64,000 bases of DNA from Eledone cirrhosa (lineage: Eukaryota). Position 1 is the first letter of the stretch; every line of letters starts with the position of its first letter. The DNA lies in the NCBI GenBank assembly GCA_964016885.1, contig OZ024750.1, positions 26,784,001 through 26,848,000 of the forward strand, written 5' to 3'. The notes beneath the pieces are model-generated. The model was not told the origin of the DNA. It made no database searches and worked only from the letters and a program-made list of their open reading frames with translations. Positions 37,501-52,518 of this stretch are shown here, in pieces. Position numbers and translations under genes: made by a program.

Positions 37501-40500
37501 TGGAAGACCTTTCTTCACCGCTGTTTAGAGAGTGGTATCCAGTGGAAGACCTTTCTTCACCGCTGTTTAGAGAGTGGTATCTAATGAAAGCCCGTTCTTC
37601 ACCGCTGTTTAGAGAGTGTGATCTAGATAAGCCCTTTCTTCACCGCTGTTTAGAGAGTGGGATCCAGTGAAAGCCCTTTCTTCACCGCTGTTTAGAGAGT
37701 GGTATCCAGTGGAAGCCCTTTCTTCACCGCTGTTTAGAGAGTGGTATCCATTTGAAGACCTTTCTTCACCGCTGTTTAGAGAGTGGTATCCAGTGGAAGA
37801 CCTTTCTTCACCGCTGTTTAGAGAGTGGTTTCCAGTGGAAGACCTTTCTTCACCGCTGTTTAGAGAGTGGTATCAAGTGGAAGACCTTTCTGCACCACTG
37901 TTTAGAGAGTGGTATCCAGTGGAAGACCTTTCTGCACCACTGTTTAGAGAATGGTATCCAGTGGAACACCTTCCTTCGCCACTGTTTAGAGAGTGGTATC
38001 CAGTGGAATACCTTTCTTCACCGCTGTTTAGAGAGTGGTATCCAGTGGAAGACCTTTCTTCACCGCTGTTTAGAGAGTGGTATCCAGTGGAAGCCCTTTC
38101 TTCACCGCTGTTTAGAGAGTGGTATCCAGTGGAAGACCTTTCTTCACCCGTGTTTAGAGAGTGGTATCCAGTGGAAGACCTTTCTGCACCACTGTTTAGA
38201 GAGTGGTATCCAGTGGAAGACCTTTCTGCACCACTGTTTAGAGAGTGGTATCCAGTGGAAGCCCTTTCTTCACCGCTGTTTAGAGAGTGGTATCCAGTGG
38301 AAGCCCTTTCTTCATCGCTGTTTAGAGAGTGGTATGCAATGGAAGACCTTTCTTCACCACTGTTTAGAGAGTGGTCTCCAGTGGAAGACCTTTCTGCACC
38401 ACTGTTTAGAGAATGGTATCCAGTGGAAGACCTTTCTTCAGCACTGTTTAGAGAGTGTGATCTAGATAAGCCCTCTCTTCACCGCTGTTTAGAGAGTGTG
38501 ATCTAGATAAGCCCTTTCTTCACCGCTGTTTAGAGAGTGGTATCCAGTGGAAGACCTTCCTTCACCACTGTTTAGAGAGTGGTATCCAGTGGAAGACCTT
38601 TCTTCACCGCTGTTTAGAGAGTGGTATCCAGTGGAAGACCTTTCTTCACCGCTGTTTAGAGAGTGGTATCCAGTGGAAGCCCTTTCTTCACCGCTGTTTA
38701 GAGAGTGGTATCCAGTGGAAGACCTTTCTTCACCGCTGTTTAGAGAGTGGTATCCAGTGGAAGACCTTTCTGCGCCACTGCTTAGAGAATGGTATCCAGT
38801 GGAAGACCTTTCTTCACCACTGTTTAGAGAGTGTGATCTAGATAAGCCCTTTCTTCACCGCTGTTTAGAGAGTGTGATCTAGATAAGCCCTTTCTTCACC
38901 GCTGTTTAGAGAGTGGGATCCAGTGGAAGCCCTTTCTCCACCGCTGTTTAGAGAGTGGTATCCAGTGGAAGCCCTTTCTTCACCGCTGTTTAGAGAATGG
39001 TCTCCAGTGGAAGACCTTTCTTCACCGCTGTTTAGAGAGTGGTATCCAGTGGAAGACCTTTCTTCACCGCTGTTTAGAGAGTGGCATCTAATGAAAGCCC
39101 TTTCTTCACCGCTGTTTAGAGAGTGTGATCTAGATAAGCCCTTTCTTCACCGCTGTTTAGAGAGTGGTATCCAGTGGAAGCCCTTTCTTCACCGCTGTTT
39201 AGGGAGTGGTATCCAGTGGAAGACCTTTCTTCACCGCTGTTTAGAGAGTGGTATCTAATGAAAGCCCGTTCTTCACCGCTGTTTAGAGAGTGTGATCTAG
39301 ATAAGCCCTTTCTTCACCGCTGTTTAGAGAGTGGTATCCAGTGGAAGACCTTTCTTCACCGCTGTTTAGAGAGTGGGATCCAGTGGAAGCCCTTTCTTCA
39401 CCGCTGTTTAGAGAGTGGTATCCAGTGGAAGACCTTTCTTCACCGCTGTTTAGAGAGTGGTATCCATTTGAAGACCTTTCTTCACCGCTGTTTAGAGAGT
39501 GGGATCCAGTGGAAGCCCTTTCTTCACCGCTGTTTAGAGAGTGGTATCCAGTGGAAGCCCTTTCTTCACGCTGTTTAGAGAGTGGTATCCAGTGGAAGCC
39601 CTTTCTTCACCGCTGTTTAGAGACTGGTATCCAGTGGAAGACCTTTCTTCACCGCTGTTTAGAGAATGGTATCCAGTGGAAGACCTTTCTTCACCGCTGT
39701 TTAGAGAATGGTATCCAGTGGAAGACCTTTCTTCACCGCTGTTTAGAGAGTGGGATCCAGTGGAAGCACTTTCTTCACCGCTGTTTAGAGAGTGGTATCC
39801 AGTGGAAGCCCTTTCTTCACCGCTGTTTAGAGAGTGGTATCCAGTGGAAGCCCTTTCTTCACCGCTGTTTAGAGAGTGGTATCCAGTGGAAGACCTTTCT
39901 TCACCGCTGTTTAGAGAATGGTATCCAGTGGAAGACCTTTCTTTACCGCTGTTTAGAGAATGGTATCCAGTGGAAGACCTTTCTTCACCGCTGTTTAGAG
40001 AGTGGGATCCAGTGGAAGCCCTTTCTTCACCGCTGTTTAGAGAGTGGTATCAAGTGGAAGCCCTTTCTTCACCGCTGTTTAGAGAATGGTATCCAGTGGA
40101 AGACCTTTCTTCAACGCTGTTTAGAGAGTGGTATCCAGTGGAAGACCTTTCTTCACCGCTGTTTAGAGAGTGGTATCTAATGAAAGCCCTTTCTTCACCG
40201 CTGTTTAGAGAGTGTGATCTAGATAAGCCCTTTCTTCACCGCTGTTTAGAGAGTGGTATCCAGTGGAAGACCTTTCTTCACCGCTGTTTAGAGAGTGGGA
40301 TCCAGTGGAAGACCTTTCTTCACTGCTGTTTAGAGAATGGTATCCAGTGGAAGCCCTTTCTTCACCGCTGTTTAGAGAGTGGTATCCAGTGGAATCCCTT
40401 TCTTCACCGCTGTTTAGAGAATGGTATCCAGTGGAAGACCTTTCTTCACCGCTGTTTAGAGAACGGTATCCAGTGGAAGACCTTTCTTCACCGCTGTTTA

Positions 40501-43500
40501 GAGAATGGTATCCAGTGGAAGACCTTTCTTCACCGCTGTTTAGAGAATGGTATCCAGTGGGAGCCCTTTCTTCACCGCTGTTTAGAGAATGGTATCCAGT
40601 GGAAGACCTTTCTTCACCGCTGTTTAGAGAGTGGGATCCAGTGGAAGCCCTTTCTTCACCGCTGTTTAGAGAGTGGTATCCAGTGGAAGCCCTTTCTTCA
40701 CCGCTGTTTAGAGAATGGTATCCAGTGGAAGACCTTTCTTCACCGCTGTTTAGAGAATGGTATCCAGTGGAAGCCCTTTCTTCACCGCTGTTTAGAGAAT
40801 GGTATCCAGTGGAAGACCTTTCTTAACCGCTGTTTAGAGAATGGTTTCCAGTGGAAGACCTTTCTTCACCGCTGTTTAGAGAGTGGGATCCAGTGGAAGC
40901 CCTTTCTTCACCGCTGTTTAGAGAGTGGTATCCAGTGGAAGCCCTTTCTTCACCGCTGTTTAGAGAATGGTATCCAGTGGAAGACCTTTCTTCACCGCTG
41001 TTTAGAGAATGGTATCCAGTGGAAGACCTTTCTTCACCGCTGTTTAGAGAATGGTATCCAGTGGAAGACCTTTCTTCACCGCTGTTTAGAGAATGGTATC
41101 CAGTGGAAGACCTTTCTTCACCGCTGTTTAGAGAATGGTATCCAGTGGAAGACCTTTCTTCACCGCTGTTTAGAGAATGGTATCCAGTGGAAGACCTTTC
41201 TTCACCGCTGTTTAGAGAATGGTATCCAGTGGAAGACCTTTCTTCACCGCTGTTTAGAGAATGGTATCCAGTGGAAGACCTTTCTTCACCGCTGTTTAGA
41301 GAATGGTATCCAGTGGAAGACCTTTCTTCACCGCTGTTTAGAGAGTGGTATCCAGTGGAAGACCTTTCTTCACCGCTGTTTTGAGAGTGGGATCCAGTGG
41401 AAGCCCTTTCTTCACCGCTGTTTAGAGAGTGGTATCCAGTGGAAGCCCTTTCTTCACCGCTGTTTAGAGAATGGTATCCAGTGGAAGACCTTTCTTCACC
41501 GCTGTTTAGAGAGTGGGATCCAGTGGAAGCCCTTTCTTCACCGCTGTTTAGAGAGTGGTATCCAGTGGAAGCCCTTTCTTCACCGCTGTTTAGAGAATGG
41601 TATCCAGTGGAAGACCTTTCTTCACCGCTATTTAGAGAATGGTATCCAGTGGAAGACCTTTCTTCACCGCTGTTTAGAGAGTGGGATCCAGTGGAAGCCC
41701 TTTCTTCACCGCTGTTTAGAGAGTGGTATCCAGTGGAAGCCCTTTCTTCACCGCTGTTTAGAGAGTGGTATCCAGTGGAAGCCCTTTCTTCATCGCTGTT
41801 TAGAGAGTGGTATGCAATGGAAGACCTTTCTTCACCACTGTTTAGAGAGTGGTCTCCAGTGGAAGACCTTTCTGCACCACTGTTTAGAGAATGGTATCCA
41901 GTGGAAGACCTTTCTTCAGCACTGTTTAGAGAGTGTGATCTAGATAAGCCCTCTCTTCACCGCTGTTTAGAGAGTGTGATCTAGATAAGCCCTTTCTTCA
42001 CCGCTGTTTAGAGAGTGGTATCCAGTGGAAGACCTTCCTTCACCACTGTTTAGAGAGTGGTATCCAGTGGAAGACCTTTCTTCACCGCTGTTTAGAGAGT
42101 GGTATCCAGTGGAAGACCTTTCTTCACCGCTGTTTAGAGAGTGGTATCCAGTGGAAGCCCTTTCTTCACCGCTGTTTAGAGAGTGGTATCCAGTGGAAGA
42201 CCTTTCTTCACCGCTGTTTAGAGAGTGGTATCCAGTGGAAGACCTTTCTGCGCCACTGCTTAGAGAATGGTATCCAGTGGAAGACCTTTCTTCACCACTG
42301 TTTAGAGAGTGTGATCTAGATAAGCCCTTTCTTCACCGCTGTTTAGAGAGTGTGATCTAGATAAGCCCTTTCTTCACCGCTGTTTAGAGAGTGGGATCCA
42401 GTGGAAGCCCTTTCTCCACCGCTGTTTAGAGAGTGGTATCCAGTGGAAGCCCTTTCTTCACCGCTGTTTAGAGAATGGTCTCCAGTGGAAGACCTTTCTT
42501 CACCGCTGTTTAGAGAGTGGTATCCAGTGGAAGACCTTTCTTCACCGCTGTTTAGAGAGTGGCATCTAATGAAAGCCCTTTCTTCACCGCTGTTTAGAGA
42601 GTGTGATCTAGATAAGCCCTTTCTTCACCGCTGTTTAGAGAGTGGTATCCAGTGGAAGCCCTTTCTTCACCGCTGTTTAGGGAGTGGTATCCAGTGGAAG
42701 ACCTTTCTTCACCGCTGTTTAGAGAGTGGTATCTAATGAAAGCCCGTTCTTCACCGCTGTTTAGAGAGTGTGATCTAGATAAGCCCTTTCTTCACCGCTG
42801 TTTAGAGAGTGGTATCCAGTGGAAGACCTTTCTTCACCGCTGTTTAGAGAGTGGGATCCAGTGGAAGCCCTTTCTTCACCGCTGTTTAGAGAGTGGTATC
42901 CAGTGGAAGACCTTTCTTCACCGCTGTTTAGAGAGTGGTATCCATTTGAAGACCTTTCTTCACCGCTGTTTAGAGAGTGGGATCCAGTGGAAGCCCTTTC
43001 TTCACCGCTGTTTAGAGAGTGGTATCCAGTGGAAGCCCTTTCTTCACGCTGTTTAGAGAGTGGTATCCAGTGGAAGCCCTTTCTTCACCGCTGTTTAGAG
43101 ACTGGTATCCAGTGGAAGACCTTTCTTCACCGCTGTTTAGAGAATGGTATCCAGTGGAAGACCTTTCTTCACCGCTGTTTAGAGAATGGTATCCAGTGGA
43201 AGACCTTTCTTCACCGCTGTTTAGAGAGTGGGATCCAGTGGAAGCACTTTCTTCACCGCTGTTTAGAGAGTGGTATCCAGTGGAAGCCCTTTCTTCACCG
43301 CTGTTTAGAGAGTGGTATCCAGTGGAAGCCCTTTCTTCACCGCTGTTTAGAGAGTGGTATCCAGTGGAAGACCTTTCTTCACCGCTGTTTAGAGAATGGT
43401 ATCCAGTGGAAGACCTTTCTTTACCGCTGTTTAGAGAATGGTATCCAGTGGAAGACCTTTCTTCACCGCTGTTTAGAGAGTGGGATCCAGTGGAAGCCCT

Positions 43501-45943
43501 TTCTTCACCGCTGTTTAGAGAGTGGTATCAAGTGGAAGCCCTTTCTTCACCGCTGTTTAGAGAATGGTATCCAGTGGAAGACCTTTCTTCAACGCTGTTT
43601 AGAGAGTGGTATCCAGTGGAAGACCTTTCTTCACCGCTGTTTAGAGAGTGGTATCTAATGAAAGCCCTTTCTTCACCGCTGTTTAGAGAGTGTGATCTAG
43701 ATAAGCCCTTTCTTCTCCGCTGTTTAGAGAGTGGTATCCAGTGGAAGACCTTTCTTCACCGCTGTTTAGAGAGTGGGATCCAGTGGAAGACCTTTCTTCA
43801 CTGCTGTTTAGAGAATGGTATCCAGTGGAAGCCCTTTCTTCACCGCTGTTTAGAGAGTGGTATCCAGTGGAATCCCTTTCTTCACCGCTGTTTAGAGAAT
43901 GGTATCCAGTGGAAGACCTTTCTTCACCGCTGTTTAGAGAACGGTATCCAGTGGAAGACCTTTCTTCACCGCTGTTTAGAGAATGGTATCCAGTGGAAGA
44001 CCTTTCTTCACCGCTGTTTAGAGAATGGTATCCAGTGGAAGCCCTTTCTTCACCGCTGTTTAGAGAATGGTATCCAGTGGAAGACCTTTCTTCACCGCTG
44101 TTTAGAGAGTGGGATCCAGTGGAAGCCCTTTCTTCACCGCTGTTTAGAGAGTGGTATCCAGTGGAAGCCCTTTCTTCACCGCTGTTTAGAGAATGGTATC
44201 CAGTGGAAGACCTTTCTTCACCGCTGTTTAGAGAATGGTATCCAGTGGAAGCCCTTTCTTCACCGCTGTTTAGAGAATGGTATCCAGTGGAAGACCTTTC
44301 TTAACCGCTGTTTAGAGAATGGTTTCCAGTGGAAGACCTTTCTTCACCGCTGTTTAGAGAGTGGGATCCAGTGGAAGCCCTTTCTTCACCGCTGTTTAGA
44401 GAGTGGTATCCAGTGGAAGCCCTTTCTTCACCGCTGTTTAGAGAATGGTATCCAGTGGAAGACCTTTCTTCACCGCTGTTTAGAGAATGGTATCCAGTGG
44501 AAGACCTTTCTTCACCGCTGTTTAGAGAATGGTATCCAGTGGAAGACCTTTCTTCACCGCTGTTTAGAGAATGGTATCCAGTGGAAGACCTTTCTTCACC
44601 GCTGTTTAGAGAATGGTATCCAGTGGAAGACCTTTCTTCACCGCTGTTTAGAGAATGGTATCCAGTGGAAGACCTTTCTTCACCGCTGTTTAGAGAATGG
44701 TATCCAGTGGAAGACCTTTCTTCACCGCTGTTTAGAGAATGGTATCCAGTGGAAGACCTTTCTTCACCGCTGTTTAGAGAATGGTATCCAGTGGAAGACC
44801 TTTCTTCACCGCTGTTTAGAGAGTGGTATCCAGTGGAAGACCTTTCTTCACCGCTGTTTTGAGAGTGGGATCCAGTGGAAGCCCTTTCTTCACCGCTGTT
44901 TAGAGAGTGGTATCCAGTGGAAGCCCTTTCTTCACCGCTGTTTAGAGAATGGTATCCAGTGGAAGACCTTTCTTCACCGCTGTTTAGAGAGTGGGATCCA
45001 GTGGAAGCCCTTTCTTCACCGCTGTTTAGAGAGTGGTATCCAGTGGAAGCCCTTTCTTCACCGCTGTTTAGAGAATGGTATCCAGTGGAAGACCTTTCTT
45101 CACCGCTATTTAGAGAATGGTATCCAGTGGAAGACCTTTCTTCACCGCTGTTTAGAGAGTGGGATCCAGTGGAAGCCCTTTCTTCACCGCTGTTTAGAGA
45201 GTGGTATCCAGTGGAAGCCCTTTCTTCACCGCTGTTTAGAGAATGGTATCCAGTGGAAGACCTTTCTTCACCGCTGTTTAGAGAATCGTGTCCAATGGAA
45301 GACCTTTCTTCACCGCTGTTTAGAGAGTGTGATCCAGTGGAAGCCCTTTCTTCACCGCTGTTTAGAGAGTGGTATCCACTGGAAGCCCTTTCTTCACCGC
45401 TGTTTAGAGAATGGTATCCAGTGGAAGACCTTTCTTCACCGCTGTTTAGAGAGTGGGATCCAGTGGAAGCCCTTTCTTCACCGCTGTTTAGAGAGTGGTA
45501 TCAAGTGGAAGCCCTTTCTTCACCGCTGTTTAGAGAATGGTATCCAGTGGAAGATCTTTCTTCACCGCTGTTTAGAGAGTGGTATCCAGTGGAAGACCTT
45601 TCTTCACCGCTGTTTAGAGAGTGGGATCCAGTGGAAGACCTTTCTGCACCACTCTTTAGAGAGTGGTATCCAGTGGAAGACCTTTCTTCACCGCTGTTTA
45701 GAGAGTGGTATCCAGTGGAAGACCTTTCTTCACCGCTGTTTAGAGAGTGGTATCCAGTGGAAGACCTTTCTTCACCGCTGTTTAGAGAGTGGTATCAAGT
45801 GGAAGACCTTTCTGCACCACTGTTTAGAGAGTGGTATCCAGTGGAAGACCTTTCTTCACCGCTGTTTAGAGAGTGGTATCCAGTGGAAGACCTTTCTGCA
45901 CCGCTGTTTAGAGAGTGGGATCCAGTGGAAGACCTTGCTTCAC
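13538..45943 (+). repeat. 42-bp satellite array, about 32.4 kb (about 770 monomers)
   Basis: Consensus GTGGAAGACCTTTCTTCACCGCTGTTTAGAGAGTGGTATCCA, with a recurrent 41-bp variant (GTGTGATCTAGATAAGCCC) and other fixed variants. Confidence 0.97.
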
Positions 45944-46611
45944 TTAAAGAAGCTTCGAGCACAGGCATCACTTGATCTAAACGACTTTCACCTGTTTTGC
46001 GTGAACATGACCTTTTCTTTTTTCTTTGACTGCAGCATATGCTGAAAGGAATCTAAGTCCTTGGAGGGGTAAAAAGTCATGTTCGTGCCACACATGTACC
46101 AGAAAAAGGTCATGGGAATGCAATTCTCCAAACCGAGATTAGGCTCAATACAAATTTAGTACCGCTGGCCTTAACTGATTTATAAACTATCAAAGTCTTT
46201 AACATTTTTTTTATCGAAGAAGGTAAAAAAGTAAATAGGACGTAGAACAAACGTTTGAATCTGAGCAAAAAACAACAATGATTCTAACGTTTATAACGGA
46301 AGCCTTTGAAAGATTTAGAGAAAAAGACATCAAAGCTCTTTTGATGCCTTCTTTATATCAGTCTGTCTAGTGAATAGCTTCAAGCAATAAAACCTTTAGA
46401 TCTTCCTTTCACAATCAACGCTATGTTTTCTAAGGTTTCCGTCAATTGCGCACACAAAACCTTTTTCGTCGTAAACTTTCTGTCTTTTAAAGACTTTCTT
46501 TTTCTATTCTTCTCATCATCTCTTGCTTTCTATGTCTTTGAAAAAAAAATGAATATTTACACTTACACATACACACACACACACACATAGACACAGACAC
46601 GCACACATATG

Positions 46612-46645
<34 letters not shown>

Positions 46646-47011
46646 TATATATACACACCCACACGCACACTCACACACACATATAGATATATTTACACGC
46701 AGACACACACACACTCTCATATGTATATATATATACACACATATATATATATATGTAATTCTTAAGCTTATACATTTCCTTCTCGTTCCCAACTCCTCCT
46801 CCACCCTTCGGTATATCAGTCTCTCTTTTTTTTTACTCAACTAAACTTTCTATTTTACTAATATCACACACACACACGCGCGCGCGCGCACACATACACG
46901 AACACACGTACATACATGTACACGCACAAATGCATATACATACAATCAAATATATGAACCACTCAAATTTATATATAAAGTGATTAGTATTAATGTACTC
47001 GTGTTTGTTAG

Positions 47012-47100
<89 letters not shown>

Positions 47101-47106
<6 letters not shown>

Positions 47107-48035
47107 TACGATAAACACGAAATGTGTTTACATTGCAACAGACAAAGTTAGCTATTAATGAAATAAACTAATAAAAGTGAATACACTTTGTCTGTCTCGA
47201 TATAAGTCAATAAAGACAATATTATATTGACAACTGCCATGATTCCTGGACATATTTAAATTTCAAAATTCAAACCTGTTCTGTAGACGAATTTGAACCT
47301 CGAAACCCAAATAAGTTTCGCAACGGTGGAATGTGAATTGAAAAATAAAGAGAATCGAAATGGAATAGAAATAAAAGAGTGAAATACCCAAATCTTCTGT
47401 GCTTATCAACAGGAATCCAGTAAGATTAGTCTATATCACATCAAAACTTTTGCGGGACTGACTACACGTGGGTAGGCAGGCCAAAACTAGCTATCCCACA
47501 TTCACGGTGCTAGAAATAACAGCCGCTTATGCAGGATTAAGGATCAGCTCTTACAATAAAGGAGCAATACATTATATTATATTTTGAGAATAAACTTTCA
47601 GTCGTTTACAATAATTAAGCTCCAGGAAGGGGCTCTTCCGAGCAGTCAATAGTGTACGATAAACACGAAATGTGTTTACATTGCAACAGACAAAGTTAGC
47701 TATTAATGAAATAAACTAATAAAAGTGAATACAATTTGTCTGTATAGATATAAGTCAATAAAGACAATATTATATTGGCAACTGCCATGATTCCTGGACA
47801 TATTTAAATTTCAAAATTCAAACCTGTTCTGTAGAACCTTGTCTTTATTGACTTATATCGAGACAGACAAATTGTATTCACTTTTATTAGTTTATTTCAT
47901 TAATAGCTAACTTTGTCTGTTGCAATGTAAACACATTTCGTGTTTATCGTACACTATTGACTGCTCGGAAGAGCCCCTTCCTGGAGCTTAATTATTGTAA
48001 ACGACTGAGAGTTTATTCTCAAAATATAATATAAT
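47101..48035 (-). mobile_element. 548-bp tandem unit (1.3 copies) plus inverted partial copy; PLE/retrozyme-like architecture
   Basis: 47101-47287 is repeated at 47649-47835, and 47839-48035 is the reverse complement of 47571-47767; both ends lie in TA microsatellites. Confidence 0.7.
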
Positions 48036-48038
48036 ATA

Positions 48039-48097
<59 letters not shown>

Positions 48098-48425
48098 GTA
48101 TAGTATAGTATAGTTGATAATATACTGTATGTTTATTTTAAAATATTTTGAAGACCATTCGCTATGAATTTTAAAGTAGTGGCTATGTCACATACTTAGT
48201 CTCGGCAAAAGCGAAGAGGAGTAATCGACGGTCCCGTTTCTTGCTCATAAGGGGTTATCAAGACTACATACCCCTTCGCTTCTGCCGAGAGTTATAGAAG
48301 CTGGTTTCTTATAGATTTCCAGTTACGTTTAAGAACTGATTAAACAGAGCAGTTGCCGGTCCAGCAAAAATTATGAATTAGTATTGGTGTTCTGAAATGG
48401 CGATGTATATATGAATGTACGTATA

Positions 48426-48474
<49 letters not shown>

Positions 48475-48475
<1 letters not shown>

Positions 48476-48761
48476 GATATATTAACAAATGGAAACTATA
48501 TTTATAAAACCATATTTATTTCATTATAAATATTTCAAGGACACTAAGTTAAATTATGGTGTGCTTTCATCAGATAAAATATAATATAGATCAGTTTTAT
48601 AAATAAATATTGACATACCCTTAAAGAATGCGACCATTTCTGTTGGAAGCTCCCGGATAGTTAATATATCGTATTTTTACTCCAATAATTTGTTGAGTGC
48701 TTTATATCAGTTATAAAAATATTTTCTTGTTGTATCCCAACAATTTAAATAGAACTTCTAC

Positions 48762-48762
<1 letters not shown>
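48475..48762. mobile_element. PLE-type inverted pLTR remnant (family C) with minus-strand hammerhead at 48517-48581
   Basis: Minus strand reads TATTTTAT CTGATGA AAGCACAC..GTGTCCTT GAAA TATTTA TA ATGAAATA; 12-bp IR CGATATATTAAC/GTTAATATATCG; homologous to 49326-49820 and 61971-62150. Confidence 0.7.
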
Positions 48763-49890
<1,128 letters not shown>

Positions 49891-49892
<2 letters not shown>

Positions 49893-50200
49893 ACGTTTTT
49901 ACTGTCTCTGCTGCAATTCTTCGTGCCTGCTTGTACCACAAGTGCAAGAAAAGGACATACATCCAAGCCAAGCTCTGTAGGTCTCCTTCTTTTCTCGGAT
50001 GCCATCTTTGACCTCTTTATTGAACCAAGGGGTCCTTCCTGCTGTCCGGCACCACACCAAACCTCTTTCGCCCGCACCATTTAACACCTGAAGCAGAAAC
50101 TGCTGGGCTGATTAATCCTCACTCTATCTTAACGTCCTCAGTTTGCTCATGGAGTTCTCTGAATTCGGATCCAATAGTATCTGCATATCTGGTCCTGACT
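49891..50200 (-). mobile_element. RTE-clade LINE fragment (EN-RT linker)
   Basis: RTPWFNKEVKDGIREKKETYRAWL resembles the PWW..EVK..I..KK..Y..W linker motif. Confidence 0.6.
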
Positions 50201-51272
50201 TCCAATATCCACCAATACTTCCCACTTTCCAGGTGCAGATCACATACATACAGATTTAGCTGGCTTTCTACTTACCAGGTTGTACATCATAGGTTTCTTG
50301 GGTGATTTAATTATAGGGGGTCCCAGTCCTATCTGGTTGTTACAGCTCACACATATACAGGTTTAGCTGGCCTCTTACGATGTTGTCTTGGGTGTTATAG
50401 TGATAGTGACTCCCATACTTATCACGAAAAAATAAGAAGCGTTTCCTCAAGACCACAATGAACTGCCCTGTCCAGGAATCTAAACCCACAACCTTACCAC
50501 TAGGCTAAGGGCCCCCGCTATCTTCGATTAAGCAAACCGAAAATAAGCGATGACGAACATATTGAGGGGCTGGGTAGAGTGATTAGGGGAATAGAAATGA
50601 CGGTAGACTGAGGTATCGTTTCATTCGACGTGGTTATTTCCCTACTCATCCAAACGGACCTCACCAGCGCCTGTGTACTGCCAATCTGTCCGCCAGATGG
50701 CGGCCCATTGTTCCGATGTAATTGGTTGAGTTGAATAAAAAAGAAAAGAAAATAGATGATATTAGTGTAGGTACAAGAGAAGCATTAGATGATGCGGAAG
50801 CAATGTTAGCTCGGTCTGGTGAGGGTGTTGGTGTCGACCTTGAATAGGCAGATGTGACATGGAGGAGAGGAGAGACCCAGGTGCTGTTCTATGTGTATGT
50901 GTGAGGTGGTGTGTGGAGGGCTATGGAAGAGAAGGTCACGGAGATTACCAGCGCACTTCAAAGCAAGGGTGAATGGGTGGGCAAGAAGCGGGAAGTGACA
51001 GGATCTGAAAAGAATCGGAAATATTGTAGGATACGTCGTTTGAGTGAGCAGTTAAGTGGAGGAGTGGTAAGCGAAGGGGGTTGGGGAGGGGATAGGTTGC
51101 AGTGTGAGAGGCCTGTAATGAGATTGACCTCATGGGTACAGATGAGGGCGGCTTAGATCATGATTGGGATGGGGGATAAGCACGTCGAATGAAACGCGAA
51201 ACCATGATGTTGAGACTGGGTCGCAACACCATGTCTACGGCTGCAGAGGCTGCGGGGACCGAGAAATTTGTT

Positions 51273-51340
<68 letters not shown>

Positions 51341-51455
51341 GAGGGGGCATGTGTATGTGCGTATGTGTGGGACTGTTAGCGGTCACCTCCACACGTACAC
51401 ATACAAAGACAGACATATATATACATATACATATGTGTGTGCACGCTTCCTTGAC

Positions 51456-51518
<63 letters not shown>

Positions 51519-51526
51519 TCAAGGAA

Positions 51527-51610
<84 letters not shown>

Positions 51611-51685
51611 CCTTTGTAGAAAGACAGACATACATATTGTTATAGTCAACACATGTTTTCAATGGAGATTACACATAGTCTAGTG

Positions 51686-52285
51686 CAAAAGTTCTCAACC
51701 AATTATGGCCAAACGCCCCTTTTGCCCCTCGAAATTATGAAACGCCCACCTACCCAATTTTTCCATTTTTCAATATACTACTGATTTTCATATCAGTAGA
51801 TTACTGGGCCAAATCAAGTTATGTTAAAATCTTTAAAATATACTCGTACGAATTAAGTACAAAAAGTTTCAGTCCAAAACAAAAGCAAACTATTTCAAAT
51901 TATATATTTTAGTAAAACAGACGTGAATGTTCTCAAAGATTTGATCTCAGTCGAAAAAGCTTTTTTATTAAATACTATATTTCACTGTTAGCTGTTGTAA
52001 TATTTTGAGTGGATAGACAATTCTACAATTCAAACTGTAAAGTCAAAATACAAAAGATGCAAATTATGAAGAATTTCTTACCTTTCTCTGAAATCACAAA
52101 CTCAAGGGAAAAATAGTACCTTGCAAAATAAAATACCTCGTAGCAAAATTAAATACTTAGTAGCAACGAATGAATTGAGAAGCTTGGTGACAGTGAGAAA
52201 GAAATATCTGTATTCCTTATATATATATACATAGATAGATACACACACACACACATATAAACGCGCGCGCATCCACACACACACT

Positions 52286-52354
<69 letters not shown>

Positions 52355-52466
52355 CACAAACTTCTGTGTGTGTGTGACTAGGTTTTGAGACAGAAAAAGT
52401 TTTGTCTCGAGTTTTTATTGCCAGGTCAAACGCCACAGCTCTTTTCAACGACGCCAAATAACAAGG

Positions 52467-52468
<2 letters not shown>
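51686..52468 (+). mobile_element. hAT MITE copy, 3'-truncated
   Basis: Starts with CAAAAGTTCTCAACC after GTCTAGTG; homologous to 55760-56490. Confidence 0.8.

Positions 52469-52512
<44 letters not shown>

Positions 52513-52518
<6 letters not shown>

Noticed and set aside
13538-45943. CRISPR-like array
   Set aside because: Monomers are contiguous with no unique spacers, there are no cas genes, and the context is eukaryotic.
13705-46045. Long ORFs up to 1008 aa (EDLSSPLFREWYPV / CLESGIQWKTFLHR / STGYHSLNSGEERS repeats)
   Set aside because: The 42-bp unit is stop-free in several frames by chance; frequent 41-bp units shift the frame and scattered stops occur, so there is no sign of coding constraint.
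50600-51260. 16-bp inverted repeat CGTTTCATTCGACGTG (about 50617 and 51181) around purine-rich sequence
   Set aside because: Probably a decayed retroelement with a small inversion; no protein motif, TSD or family could be supported.
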